From an uncultured Bacteroidota bacterium (GTDB lineage Bacteria; Bacteroidota; Ignavibacteria; UBA10030): a stretch of 64,000 bases of DNA. The notes below the pieces were generated by a model. The model was not told where the DNA came from, ran no database searches, and saw only the letters and a list, made by a program, of their open reading frames with translations. The stretch's first letter is position 1. Every line of letters starts with the position of its first letter. The DNA lies in contig CAVYRP010000013.1 in the NCBI GenBank assembly GCA_963770945.1, positions 207,921 to 271,920 on the forward strand, read 5' to 3'. Shown piece after piece: positions 43,235 through 53,664 of this stretch. Both the position numbers and the translations under genes were made by a program.

Positions 43235-43774
43235 ATGTTTGATGGTTTTAGACGAATAGTTGGATTATCCTACTCGCGGCTGCATTTTCGGAATAATCGT
43301 GATCGGATGATGAATTTTACGGATGCTTTGACAAGATCACGCCGGGCGCTGGTCATCTTTCCCGAATCATCTCCCGACGGCGAATCGGTTTTGACGCTTT
43401 TCCGGTACCTTATCAAAAAATTTTCTTCCGATGGAATTATGGTATTAATTCGAGACGACCAGGTTAATTCCATGGTAACTACACCCCCGTTGAAAACTCT
43501 TACATATTCTGTCAACGACATCAATACATGGTTTGTTCCAAGACAAGAACTGCTTAGAAAAATAACAGCCAATACTTACGATGTTGCATTGGATCTCAAT
43601 ATTGGATTTTCCCTGCCGGGTGCGTTTCTCTGCAAAGCATCCAAAGCTCCTCTGCGCGTAAGCTTTGCCAAACATGAAGGCGATCAATTTTATAACCTGC
43701 AATTTCAGTCGAAGGAGACTGGCGGTATCACACGTATGTACCGGAGTTTTTTAAAGTTTCTCGATATGTTCTAA
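43235..43774 (+). CDS. hypothetical protein
   Basis: Intact 179-aa ORF (start may be the internal MMNFTD..). Rossmann-like alternation (..RRALVIFPESSPDG..IMVLIRDD..YDVALDLN..). No family recognised. Confidence 0.35.
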   Translation: MFDGFRRIVGLSYSRLHFRNNRDRMMNFTDALTRSRRALVIFPESSPDGESVLTLFRYLIKKFSSDGIMVLIRDDQVNSMVTTPPLKTLTYSVNDINTWFVPRQELLRKITANTYDVALDLNIGFSLPGAFLCKASKAPLRVSFAKHEGDQFYNLQFQSKETGGITRMYRSFLKFLDMF

Positions 43775-43795
43775 TTTTATTTATGGAATTATTAT

Positions 43796-44128
43796 ATGCG
43801 TTTTGAAATAAAGAAGAACGGAACAGCAACAATCCTGAAAATTCATGAACGTAAGCTCGATGCTTCTATATCACCGGAGCTAAAAGGAGAATTCCTTGTC
43901 CTTTGCAAACGGCCGCAGAAAGAATTATTAATCGATCTTTCCGATGTAGAGTTCTGCGACAGCAGCGGATTAAGCGCATTGCTTATTGCAGAACGAAAGA
44001 TGCGCGAAAACGGAGGTACTGTAAAACTTGTGGGCGTGCAGAAAAAAGTCCTTTCTCTGATTAAAATTTCTCATCTTGATCGCGCATTTCAAATTTATAG
44101 CAGCGTTGCAAAAGCTATCAAGAGTTGA
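43796..44128 (+). CDS. STAS-domain anti-sigma-factor antagonist (SpoIIAA-like)
   Basis: Intact 110-aa ORF. ..LLIDLSDVEFCDSSGLSALLIAERKMRENGGTVKLVGVQKKV.. is a typical STAS core with the phosphorylatable Ser context DSSGL. Confidence 0.8.
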   Translation: MRFEIKKNGTATILKIHERKLDASISPELKGEFLVLCKRPQKELLIDLSDVEFCDSSGLSALLIAERKMRENGGTVKLVGVQKKVLSLIKISHLDRAFQIYSSVAKAIKS

Positions 44129-44264
44129 CTGCAATTTAGATTTTCCGCATATAAGATCTCTTTCAGTTTTATTCTTTACACCCTTCTCTTATGCACAGCT
44201 TGCACCTTCGAAAGAATCGATGTAATTTGGCTTTTGACATTAATAACAGCGAAATGCTATTTAC

Positions 44265-45215
44265 ATGAGCAATAGGCCGCATATACTAAAAAAAGCTGTT
44301 GAACAAAAATCCGACAAAACAGATCTTGACGATCAGATTCGAAACTATCTTGAATTCTTGCGGCAGGAAAAGAATCTTTCATCTCAAACACTTATTTCTT
44401 ATAAGTTTGACTTTTCAAAATATCGCAGTTACCTCGTTAACTCGGGCGTTCATACAGCTTCCGGCATAACGGAGGAACACATAAGTAAATTCCTGGCCGC
44501 ACTGCATCGGCGTAATCTTACAGCACGAAGTGTTGCACGAATTCTTTCGACAATACGCGGATTCCACCGCCGCCTTCTTGGCGAAGAAGAAGTCAAGGAC
44601 GATCCAACTCAAATAATTGATTCACCAAAACAAGAGAAAAACCTGCCGGAGGTATTAAGCATCGCCGAAGTGGATAAAATATTGAAGCAGCCGGACATTT
44701 CCGGCAAACTTGGTATCCGCGACCGTGCAATACTCGAAACGCTTTATGCTACCGGCATTCGTGTATCGGAACTTGTTTTCATGAAACAATCAAATTTCAT
44801 GATCGACGATGGAATGGTTCTTGTTTTCGGAAAAGGATCGAAAGAAAGACTGGTACCTATAGGCCGTTCGGCACGGCAATGGATTGCGGAATATCAGAAA
44901 CAATCGAGGGTTCATCTTGCCAAAGCGGGAAAGTCGCAGGATTATCTCTTTCTCAATATACGCGGGACAAAACTAACACGGGATATGATCCGGAAGCTGG
45001 TGGAAAAATATTCTCATGCAGCCGGGATTCAGAAGAAAGTGCATCCGCACACATTTCGCCATTCATTTGCCACACATCTGCTTGAAGGAGGCGCAGACCT
45101 TCGTGCAGTTCAGGAAATGCTCGGCCATGCCGATATATCGACAACACAAATCTATACACATATCGATAGAGAATATTTGAAAGAAGTCCACAAAACATTT
45201 CATCCGCGGGGTTAG
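44265..45215 (+). CDS. xerD: site-specific tyrosine recombinase XerC/XerD
   Basis: Intact 316-aa ORF with an N-terminal SAM-like domain and a catalytic domain carrying R..HxxR..Y (..TGIRVSEL..HPHTFRHSFATHLLEGGADLRAVQEMLGHADISTTQIYTH). Confidence 0.85.
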   Translation: MSNRPHILKKAVEQKSDKTDLDDQIRNYLEFLRQEKNLSSQTLISYKFDFSKYRSYLVNSGVHTASGITEEHISKFLAALHRRNLTARSVARILSTIRGFHRRLLGEEEVKDDPTQIIDSPKQEKNLPEVLSIAEVDKILKQPDISGKLGIRDRAILETLYATGIRVSELVFMKQSNFMIDDGMVLVFGKGSKERLVPIGRSARQWIAEYQKQSRVHLAKAGKSQDYLFLNIRGTKLTRDMIRKLVEKYSHAAGIQKKVHPHTFRHSFATHLLEGGADLRAVQEMLGHADISTTQIYTHIDREYLKEVHKTFHPRG

Positions 45216-45233
45216 CCGAAATTTCCCGGAATT

Positions 45234-47377
45234 TTACTGCGCGATCTTCCCTGACTGCAATTCTTTAACTAATCTCTCGGTTTTATAAATCTTATCGAGG
45301 ACTTCTAAAATTCCGGATGTATGTACTGAAACTGTACGGTTCTTTGTATCGTCAAAAATAATATTGCCGGGCAGGCTTTCAATATTACCGTCAAAAGCTA
45401 ATCCGACCACCTGTAAATCTTTATTAACCACAGGACTGCCGGAATTTCCACCGATAATATCGGTAGTTGAAATAAAATTTATCGGTGTGTTCATCTTAAA
45501 AGATGCCGGTGGATTTATCCAGCGCCCGGGCAATTTCCATGGGTCTTTCATGCCAAATGAATAGTAGCGGTCATACATCCCGTAAAACGTAGTCATGGGC
45601 GGTGCAATAGTGCCGTTGTATTCGTATGTTTTTATCGTGCCGTCGGCGATTCGGAGCGAAAAAGTGGCATCGGGAGGGATTTGTGTCCCGTATATCTCAT
45701 ACATTGCTTTTCCGAGCAACTGCACTGATGCCTGAAGTTTTTCATAAATGCTGTTATATTTTCTCTGAATTTCTCTTGTATGTTCCCGTGTTGCCATGAT
45801 GAATGAAATCAACGGATCAGAGGATTTTAAAATACTGTCCGTCGGTTCTGCAAGAAATGTTTCGGAATTATCCTTTGACGACAGGAATGAGTTATGCGAT
45901 ATTTGTTCAGCCGCCTGTTCGGGTGTCCGGCCGGCCAGTAATTTACCGAAGGCATTATTCTTTCCCTGCAGCACTCCCTTCATAACCTCCAGCCGGAAAG
46001 CAAGCAGTTGTTTCTCAAGTTCCGCGTCAAAATCTATTGGAGAGAAATATTTTCTCGCAGACTCGGTAAGCGTGCCGGTTGAAATATTTGCCGAATCGAT
46101 AAGATCGGCTGTCAAAGATAAGTATTTTGGAAAATAACGCCCGCGCAGCCTTAACGCATTGATTTCCTGAGTTACATCGGCAAGTTCAGCCTGGTACTTT
46201 GCTATATTCAATCCATAGCTTATTGTATTTAGTTTTAAGATTTGGTTTTTTTGACAGAGCTTCCTTGAACTTCTTTTCGAAATCTATTTTCTTTGCCATT
46301 AATACAGGATCGCGCAGACCGCTCAGGTATCCATTTATCGCTTTTCGAGAATTTTCTATTCCAAAAATCGTATTGAGATAGGTCAATTTTTTTTCAGGAT
46401 ATTTTTCAATATGCCTGGAATAAATCGTGTTCAACCGTTCATACGTCTTTAAATTCGCCGGATATTCGAAATCACGAAGATACTCCAATTGTGCAACCGT
46501 TCTGAGGCGATTTGTAGTGCCGGGATTTCCTATGACAAACACTGCATCGCCTTCCACTGCGCCATTCTGGCTGAATTGGAAATAATTGGCCGTCTTCAGC
46601 GGTCTATCGTTTTCGTAAACCCGGAAGAATGCACAATCAAAATCATAGCGTGGATATGTAAAATTATCCGGATCGCCGCCAAAGAATGCCATAACTTCCT
46701 CCGGTGCATATACCAAACGAACATCGGTGTAGCGTTTATGTCCGTATAAGCGAAAACCGGCCGCCGTTATAGAAAGATATTACTTTAAAAATCATCGAAT
46801 CCTGCGGGGCGGCTGCCTTATACTTTTCCGAATACTGCTTCTGAATTTCCTGAATCCGTATCAAACGGTTTGCGATCTTTTCGTTATCTGTTGAACCGCT
46901 GTCAAATGCCTGCTGAATTTTATCGGTCACATCTTCCATTACCAGCAACTGATCAATGTAGACGCCGGATGCTTTGCGTTCTTCCTCGAGTGCAGAGGCG
47001 TAGAAGCCGAGTTCCACCAGCTTTTCCCCCTCTCTATTTACGCTGTCAAGTGCGGTGCGTGCGCAATGATGGTTTGTCATTACAAGCCCGTCTTCAGATA
47101 CAAATGATGCCGTGCAATTTGGAAGCCGCAGTGCAGAAAGACGCGCTTTATCGAACCACTCCTTAGCGGGAGTAAAACCGTATGTTTTTGTAAAATAATC
47201 TACCGGTGGAAAATCGAATGTCCACATCTTACCGGTATCATATTGTCCGGCGTGAACGGTATCGTAATCGATATGATAATTTTCGCTGCCCTTAACCGCC
47301 TGCCGGGTGTAGCATCCTTGAAATAACAATACGAAAACCATAGATGCAGCACATAGAATAAGGGAAATAGGTTTCAT
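45234..47377 (-). CDS. S46-family dipeptidyl peptidase (DPP7/DPP11-like), two 1-nt frame steps
   Basis: Fragments 46736..47377 (signal peptide; ..GKMWTFDFPP..CTASFVSEDGLVMTNHHCA..), 46186..46716 and 45234..46211 (..DIIGGNSGSPVVN.. catalytic Ser). Confidence 0.8.
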
Positions 47378-47666
47378 ATAACCTCATTTGTGTATTTGTT
47401 TTAAAATTGAATGTAAAAGTTTAGACAAAACTAATTGATGTACTATTATTCCAAAAAGAAAAATTATTAAATTCAGCGGCCTTAGACAATTATCTAATAA
47501 TATCATAAGTTAATAAAATAATTTGAGAACCCAATCAATTCCACATGATATATTCTATCCGGTATATCATCCTGTTGTCAAATAGGTTATTCTTGAAATG
47601 GTTTGTACATTCATAATATTATTGTTCTTGATAAATAAACTATCACTCAATTCTTGAGAATATTCT

Positions 47667-48221
47667 ATGCGTCAATGGAAAACATTAAAAAGAGAAACGA
47701 TTCTCGATCATGGTAAATTTCTAAAGGTCGAAAAGCATACGATCGAGCTGCCCGATGGTAAAATCATAGATGATTGGCCATGGGTTATATCGCCGGATTA
47801 TGTGCTTGTCCTTCCGGCGACAAACCGTAAAACGCTTTTATTATTTCGACAGACCAAGTATGCTGTTGATGGAATATCCCTTGCACCGGTCGGCGGATAC
47901 CTTGAGCCCGGCGAAGATGCTCTAACGGCTGCAAAAAGAGAATTGAGAGAGGAAATGGGATGTGAAGCATCGGATTGGATTTCTCTCGGCAGCTATCCCA
48001 ATAATGGTAATCATGGCGGTGGAAAAGGAAATCTCTTTCTCGCACTTCATACACATAAAGCAGGCGAACCAATTATCGACGATTTGGAAGAGATGGAGCT
48101 TGTTGAATTAACTGCCGAAGAAGCGGAACAAAAACTGATGCGGAGTGAAATAAAGGTAATGGGCTGGGCAGCAATGATTGCAATGGGATTGCTCTATTTA
48201 AAATTACATCCTGCAAATTAA
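47667..48221 (+). CDS. NUDIX hydrolase
   Basis: Intact 184-aa ORF with the Nudix box GGYLEPGEDALTAAKRELREEMG. Confidence 0.85.
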   Translation: MRQWKTLKRETILDHGKFLKVEKHTIELPDGKIIDDWPWVISPDYVLVLPATNRKTLLLFRQTKYAVDGISLAPVGGYLEPGEDALTAAKRELREEMGCEASDWISLGSYPNNGNHGGGKGNLFLALHTHKAGEPIIDDLEEMELVELTAEEAEQKLMRSEIKVMGWAAMIAMGLLYLKLHPAN

Positions 48222-48234
48222 TACATTCTAATAT

Positions 48235-48281
48235 AGACCACGGTCTCTGAATATTTCATAAATCATACAGAGACCGGGTCT
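48235..48281. terminator. overlapping hairpins between convergent NUDIX and CHRD genes (possible bidirectional terminator)
   Basis: AGACC-ac-GGTCT (48235-48246), GGTCTCTG...CAGAGACC (48242-48275) and AGACC-g-GGTCT (48271-48281) share arms, so they are mutually exclusive structures. Confidence 0.35.
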
Positions 48282-48316
48282 TAAAGTGTCAGGATTTAAT
48301 TATAATCATTTACCTT

Positions 48317-50032
48317 CTATTTCAGCAGCAGCATTTTCATTGTTTTCGAAATTCCATTATTGATAGAAAGTTTATAGAAATATAGGCCGCTTGTTAACTC
48401 GTGCGCATCAAATATCACTTTTTGATTTCCCGACTGTCTTACTTCATCCATAAGCACTGCAACTTCCTGTCCGAGAACATTATAGATTCTCATGGATACA
48501 TGCGATTTTACGGGAAGGAAGAATTCGATTGTAGTCGATGGATTAAACGGGTTAGGATAATTTTGTCTCAGGTTAAAAGAAGCCGGTGCATTGTTAGATG
48601 TCTGTTCAACACTCGTAGCCGTCGAAGAACCGAAACCGATGTTTCCCCTGATTTCTCCACCGGGAAATAAATTGGAGTGCACGTTGAAATACAGATTTCC
48701 GGTTACAAGAAGTCCAAGCGCATTGTCCGGAATCGGCAGCCACAATCCTGAAGCAGTGCTGTCTACAAATGGAGTAGGTTTAAGTACGGCACCGCTTGGA
48801 GATTCATGAATATGAGCGGCAGTATACGTTCCGTTCAAGCCCGCTATTGTAACAAGGTATTTTACCGTGTCGTTCTCTAAGAATACAACACCGGTTCCGC
48901 GAGCCGTGGAGGAAGTCGATGCTTGTTGACCATCCAATGTAGCTGTAAAGACACCATCATTTTGCACAAGAGTGCCCTTGATTTCTCCGGATGGATTTAA
49001 TGTGCTGTGGATATTGACATACAACCGGTTTTGGATATAATCCTGGATGTTTACATCAGTCAAACCAGTCCATTCACCGGTCGTTGTGTTACCCGAACCG
49101 AAAACAAATGGATGAACAACATTTCCGGTAACATTGGTGTGAATATGGCTTGCTGTAAACGCACTTGAGAGTCCGTTGTATGTCACACTATATTGTATAT
49201 TAGAAAGATCATTCGACAATACTGCCCAGGCGGTACCTTTACCGGAAGATGCAGTTCCCTCAATCTGCGCATAGGAGGCGAGTACACCGACCAGCGTTGG
49301 AGTACCTCGAATTTCTCCCGACGGTGCTGCCGATGAGTGAATATTCACATAAAGCTGGCCGCGAAGCAGAAGTGTTAAAATGCTGTCGGGAACGTTCGCC
49401 CATGTTCCCTCAGAGGTGCTGTCGGTAAAAGTTATCGGATGGACAACGGAACCGCTTGGCAGAGCATGGAAATGAGCACCTGACCGCGCTGCACTTAAGC
49501 CTGCATAAGTGAATCTGTAATCCAGTGAAGCACCGGACACCCCTGTTCTGATCAGTACATAACCGCTTCCCAATGCAGTTGATCCCGATTGTTCGCCGGT
49601 ATTGTCAATGGAGACCAGGAATCCTGACTGCTTCATATTGGCAATCCCGCGTATTTCTCCTCCTCCTGCAAAGGTCGTATGGACGTTGACGTAAATTTGT
49701 TTAGTGAAAAAATATTTTAAAAGCGTATCGGGAATATTTGTCCAAGTTCCGGATGAAGTATTTCCCGTGAAAGTTATCGGGTGAATGACACCGCCTGTCG
49801 GCAGGAAATGAAAATGAGCGCCAGTAATTGTTCCCTGGAGATTGTTTACTGTGAAACGGTATGTGAGCGACTTGAAATCGGTACTGAGTACACAATAGCC
49901 GCTTCCCATACCGTTTGTATTAAAACCGGTCCCGCTGCTGTCCAAGCGAACAGAGAAGAAGACTTCGCTCAGACTGATTTGAATCGAAAGAACAAATAAC
50001 AAGACCATAAATAAGGGTATTAACCTTTTCAT
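48317..50032 (-). CDS. secreted protein with four tandem CHRD domains and a T9SS C-terminal sorting domain
   Basis: Intact 571-aa ORF with a signal peptide. Four repeats each carry ..AHFH/SHIH..G.V.HP..F.... and ..GGEIRG/SGEIRG/SGEIKG... The C-terminus ..NYPNPFNPSTTIEF..YNVLGQEV...SGLYFYKL.. is a type-A Por sorting signal. Confidence 0.75.
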   Translation of the reverse strand: MKRLIPLFMVLLFVLSIQISLSEVFFSVRLDSSGTGFNTNGMGSGYCVLSTDFKSLTYRFTVNNLQGTITGAHFHFLPTGGVIHPITFTGNTSSGTWTNIPDTLLKYFFTKQIYVNVHTTFAGGGEIRGIANMKQSGFLVSIDNTGEQSGSTALGSGYVLIRTGVSGASLDYRFTYAGLSAARSGAHFHALPSGSVVHPITFTDSTSEGTWANVPDSILTLLLRGQLYVNIHSSAAPSGEIRGTPTLVGVLASYAQIEGTASSGKGTAWAVLSNDLSNIQYSVTYNGLSSAFTASHIHTNVTGNVVHPFVFGSGNTTTGEWTGLTDVNIQDYIQNRLYVNIHSTLNPSGEIKGTLVQNDGVFTATLDGQQASTSSTARGTGVVFLENDTVKYLVTIAGLNGTYTAAHIHESPSGAVLKPTPFVDSTASGLWLPIPDNALGLLVTGNLYFNVHSNLFPGGEIRGNIGFGSSTATSVEQTSNNAPASFNLRQNYPNPFNPSTTIEFFLPVKSHVSMRIYNVLGQEVAVLMDEVRQSGNQKVIFDAHELTSGLYFYKLSINNGISKTMKMLLLK

Positions 50033-50460
50033 AACTCCTCCTTGATATGTTTGAGTAACCGTGATGAAGTGAAAAACATGAATTGAAGCATATGTGAAAG
50101 CTTCTCTTTCTTTATCTTACATTCTATCTCAAACGTTTTGTATTACAAACGGAAAGCAGGTTTGTGATTAATCCCGGTAAGTTCCAATCATTGCAGAATC
50201 ACATCCTGCTGCCTGCAACTATTAACTAAACCTTTTAGAATATAGAAAGGTTCCACGATGCTGTGAACAGAAATACTGTCGTCAACTTGGAAATAGAGGC
50301 AGGAAGGAATAGAACCGAAATTATTAGTTATACCTGCCATAAGAGTATTATCAAAATGGATTCTTACGGAAAAAATTATCGAAAATTGAGATATGATTGC
50401 AAAGAGTAATATGGTCTTCGGTTATCGGTGCTGCAGTTCGATTCCTTATAGACAGGGCTG

Positions 50461-50886
50461 CTATTGCGACCCATCGTATAACAATAGAATGGAATTAGTG
50501 TCCATCTGCTGGGTACATTTTAAATACCAAAGGGTTCTATCAATGGCGGAACAATTAAGTACGATTTTTAACAATCGATGCTTTGCTTCAGCAATATGCT
50601 TAACATAACCGGCATCATGCTGCTCAAATAAGGGAACATCTCAAACGTATGGGTTGATAGGTAGATCGTCAATAGAAAGAGTAATACTACATGCCCTCTC
50701 ACAATAAATAATAAATTTCGCACACTTTATTAAATCAAGTAATGAGACCGGTGTTCTGGAGGTTGATATTACAATATCCAACGGTAGTTTTGCCGCAGCT
50801 TTTGTGTCGAACTGAGAACAAAAATAATGCGATAGCGGGCCGGAGTGAAATATTAATTTAATAAATAATATATGGGCTATGTTCGA
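50461..50886 (-). pseudogene. start-less 141-codon reading frame with an internal TGA (decayed gene of unknown family)
   Basis: The frame is open from 50886 to TAG at 50461-50463, apart from a TGA at 50641-50643. It has no ATG or GTG, only an internal TTG. It reads ..AKLPLDIVISTSRTPVSLLDLIKCAKFIIY..DDLPINPYV*DVPLFEQHDAGYVKHIAEAKHRLLKIVLN... Further short protein-like pieces follow in other frames down to about 50100. Confidence 0.3.
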
Positions 50887-51044
50887 TTAATATGAATATA
50901 TAGAGTATATCGAATTTCAAAAAAACCATATTCGATACCGGTTATGATTTTAAAATTCCAATATGGATTATTCCAAAATCAAGAAGGGTAGAATTCCATT
51001 AGTTAATTATCTATTGATCAAACGAGAAGTTGATCGATTCCCCA

Positions 51045-51467
51045 TTATTTTTCTCCTATAAGCGTCAATACCAATTCTCTCGCTCCGCCGTAATTGCGGT
51101 GTTCGCAGAAGTAAATTCCCTGCCATATACCCATATTTAACTTACCATCCGTGACCGGGATTGAAACACTGCTGCCGAGTACCGATGATTTTAGATGCGC
51201 CGGCATATCATCTGCTCCTTCAGTATCGTGCATATAATACGGCGCATTTTCGGGAATTGTTCTGTTGAAATGACTCTCAAAGTCCATTCGCACAGTTGGA
51301 TCGGCATTTTCATTTAGAGTAAGGGATGCGGATGAATGCTTTATAAATATATGCAGTAATCCATGCCGCACCGTTCTTAATTCCGGAATCTGAGCAGCTA
51401 TTTCTTCCGTAACGAGATGAAACCCGCGCTTGCGCGCATCGAGCGTTATTTCTTTTTGTATGATCAT
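51045..51467 (-). CDS. YjbQ/UPF0047 family protein (secondary thiamine-phosphate synthase)
   Basis: Intact 140-aa ORF. ..ITEEI...GLLHIFIKHSSASLTLNENADPTV..D......P......Y.H...G.DDMPAHLKSS..G.S..IPV..G.L..G.WQGIY..EHR. Confidence 0.8.
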   Translation of the reverse strand: MIIQKEITLDARKRGFHLVTEEIAAQIPELRTVRHGLLHIFIKHSSASLTLNENADPTVRMDFESHFNRTIPENAPYYMHDTEGADDMPAHLKSSVLGSSVSIPVTDGKLNMGIWQGIYFCEHRNYGGARELVLTLIGEK

Positions 51468-51531
51468 AGATTAAAAAATTTTACCGTGCATTTCTTCGGA
51501 AAGAGTCAACTATTTATATGTCGCATGTCTG

Positions 51532-52032
51532 CTATGGTGTAATTGCTTTCTCCATTATACGCTTTCTTGTATATGCAATCAATCCGCCGGCTTCAATTAT
51601 AGCTTGCAGCGATTTCGGCATCGGTTCGATACGGAATGATTTACCGTTTGTTTTATTGATCACTTCCGTCGCTGTGATTTCAAGCTCGTTTCCCTCGTTC
51701 GCTTCGATGTCAGGGCAGGCAATGGTTTGAAGACCGAGATTTATACTGTTCTGAAGAAAGATACGCGCAAAATTACGTGCGATAATTATAATCTCATGTC
51801 CTTTAAGTGCCGAAACTGCCTGTTCGCGCGACGAGCCGCATCCGAAATTTCTGCCGGCAGCAATAATACTTCCGCGCGATGCATGCTTCGAGTTTAATTT
51901 GTCGTTTAATTCTTTAATATCGGCAAATGCAAATTGAGGTGTTTCCGACGGGAGTACAGTAGCCATATAACGGCCGGGATAAATAATATCTGTTGAAATA
52001 TCGTCGTCAAATTTATAGATAACCTGCGGCAT
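51532..52032 (-). CDS. leuD: 3-isopropylmalate/homoaconitate dehydratase small subunit
   Basis: Start taken at MPQVIYKFDDDISTDIIYPGRY, with AAGGAG 5 nt upstream. ..IIAAGRNFGCGSSREQA..AL.. is the aconitase swivel-domain signature. Confidence 0.8.
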   Translation of the reverse strand: MPQVIYKFDDDISTDIIYPGRYMATVLPSETPQFAFADIKELNDKLNSKHASRGSIIAAGRNFGCGSSREQAVSALKGHEIIIIARNFARIFLQNSINLGLQTIACPDIEANEGNELEITATEVINKTNGKSFRIEPMPKSLQAIIEAGGLIAYTRKRIMEKAITP

Positions 52033-52181
52033 AATATTCTCCTTAAGCCAAATAGAAAAGCTCAAATATCAAATCACAAATCCAAACAAATTCAATAATT
52101 CAAATTACAACATTCGTACTCATGATGAATTAATAATTCATGTTACACAAAGAAAGAACGATTCTTAAATAATAAATAAAT

Positions 52182-52322
52182 TGTCATGCCCGAATGCTTT
52201 AGTCGGCCCGCCTGTCGAAGTGCCTTCGGCACGCAGGCAGGGCATCCATTATTCTGGATTCCCCGCCTGCCAAAGCATTCTTCGTGCGGCGGGCAGGCCG
52301 CTAAAAACATGCGGGAATGACA
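52182..52322. repeat. 141-bp MITE/REP-like GC-rich palindromic element between leuC and leuD
   Basis: Imperfect terminal inverted repeats TGTCATGCCCGAATGCTTT (left) and AAAACATGCGGGAATGACA (right) match at 16 of 19 positions. There are internal hairpins such as GTGCC-ttc-GGCAC at 52220-52232. The two listed ORFs here are translations of this repeat. Confidence 0.6.
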
Positions 52323-52370
52323 GTTGTTCTTTTCCTCTTTGCATAACATTAGTTAGAAATTGTTGTGTTT

Positions 52371-53664
52371 TCATGACTTCATTTTCGTCGGATCGGTAAT
52401 CTTTCCTTTAATTGCCGATGCTGCGGCCACTGCCGGCGAGCAAAGGTACACTTCCGATTTAGGATTGCCCATACGTCCTTTGAAATTTCGGTTTGTTGTT
52501 GAAAGAGCAATTTCGCCGTCTCCTAGTGCGCCTTCGTGGATACCGAGACAGGGCCCGCATCCGGAGTTCATTACCACTGCTCCTGCTTTCATAAATTCTC
52601 CAATATATCCTTTTGCAAGCGCTTGATTGTAAATTCGAGCTGAAGCCGGAAAAATCAGAAGCCGCACACCGCGAGCTACCTTTTTACCTTTAATAATTTT
52701 TGCAGCAATCTCCAGGTCGTCCAGTCTTCCATTTGTGCATGAACCGATTACGACCTGGTTAATTTTAATACCTTTAACATCTTTGATCGGTTTTACATTA
52801 TCAACGGTATGAGGACATGCAATTTGCGGCTCGAGACCTGATACATCGATATTAATGATTCGATCGTAAACTGCATCGCTGTCCGGAACAACAAGAGGAA
52901 TTTTTCCTTTTACACCCGCTTCTTCGCGCAGGTAACGGATGGTTTCATTATCTGCCGGAACAATACCGCTTGTCGCTCCAGCCTCTACCGACATGTTGCA
53001 GATAGTGAGGCGGCCGGATGTGGACATCCTTTTTATAGCTGATCCATGGAATTCAATTACTTTAAAATTAGCGCCTTCTGCTGTAAGCATGCCGATAAGA
53101 TAAAGAATCAAATCTTTTGGGCCGACAAATTTTTTAAATTTCCCTGCAACATTTACTTTGATTGTTGCCGGCACTTCGACATTTAGCACGGAACCTAAGT
53201 GCCCACACACTTGCCATCTCGGTTGCGCCGATGCCGAATGCAAAAGCGCCGAGCGCGCCGTGACTTGTTGTATGCGAGTCTGTGCCGACAATAACGGCTC
53301 CCGGCCGAACATAACCGTTCTCCGGAAGTACTTGATGACAAATACCGCCTACATCGCCTCTAATATCATGAAATTTAGCGATGCCGTTCGCCGCAACGAA
53401 CTCGCGGATCTTTTTTTGATTCGATGCAGTTTTCGGAGATTCTGCAGGCACGCGGTGATCGAAAATAATGCTGACTTTTGAGGGATTCCAGATCTTCGGT
53501 TCAACAGCAGTTCCCTGATAAATTTCGATAAATTGATTAATGACAAGTGCAGCATTTTCATGCGACATTGCAAGATCGACCTTCGGTTCTATAATGTCTC
53601 CGGCTGCTGCGGATGATAATCCGGAAGCCCGGGCAAGAATTTTTTCAACAACGGTCATTCCCAT
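52371..53664 (-). CDS. leuC: 3-isopropylmalate/homoaconitate dehydratase large subunit, one 1-nt frame step
   Basis: Fragments 53134..53664 (MGMTVVEKILA..VGTDSHTTSHGALGAFAFGIG..) and 52371..53312 (..GSCTNGR..NSGCGPCLG..) carry the aconitase-family Fe-S ligand motifs. Confidence 0.85.

Noticed and set aside
50431-50447. tRNA-like T-loop sequence GCAGTTCGATTCCTTAT.
   Set aside because: The flanking bases (TGCAG / CCTTA) cannot form a T-stem, and no acceptor or anticodon arms can be drawn. It is not a tRNA; at most it is a fragment.
50641-50643. In-frame TGA in the 141-codon frame as a selenocysteine codon.
   Set aside because: The frame has no start codon, neighbouring pieces are in other frames, and no SECIS-like hairpin follows. 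Decay is the simpler explanation.
52143-52399. Two listed ORFs (68 and 72 aa) between leuC and leuD.
   Set aside because: They are opposite-strand translations of the palindromic MITE-like element (..CHSRMFLAACPP.. type low-complexity peptides). They are not genes.
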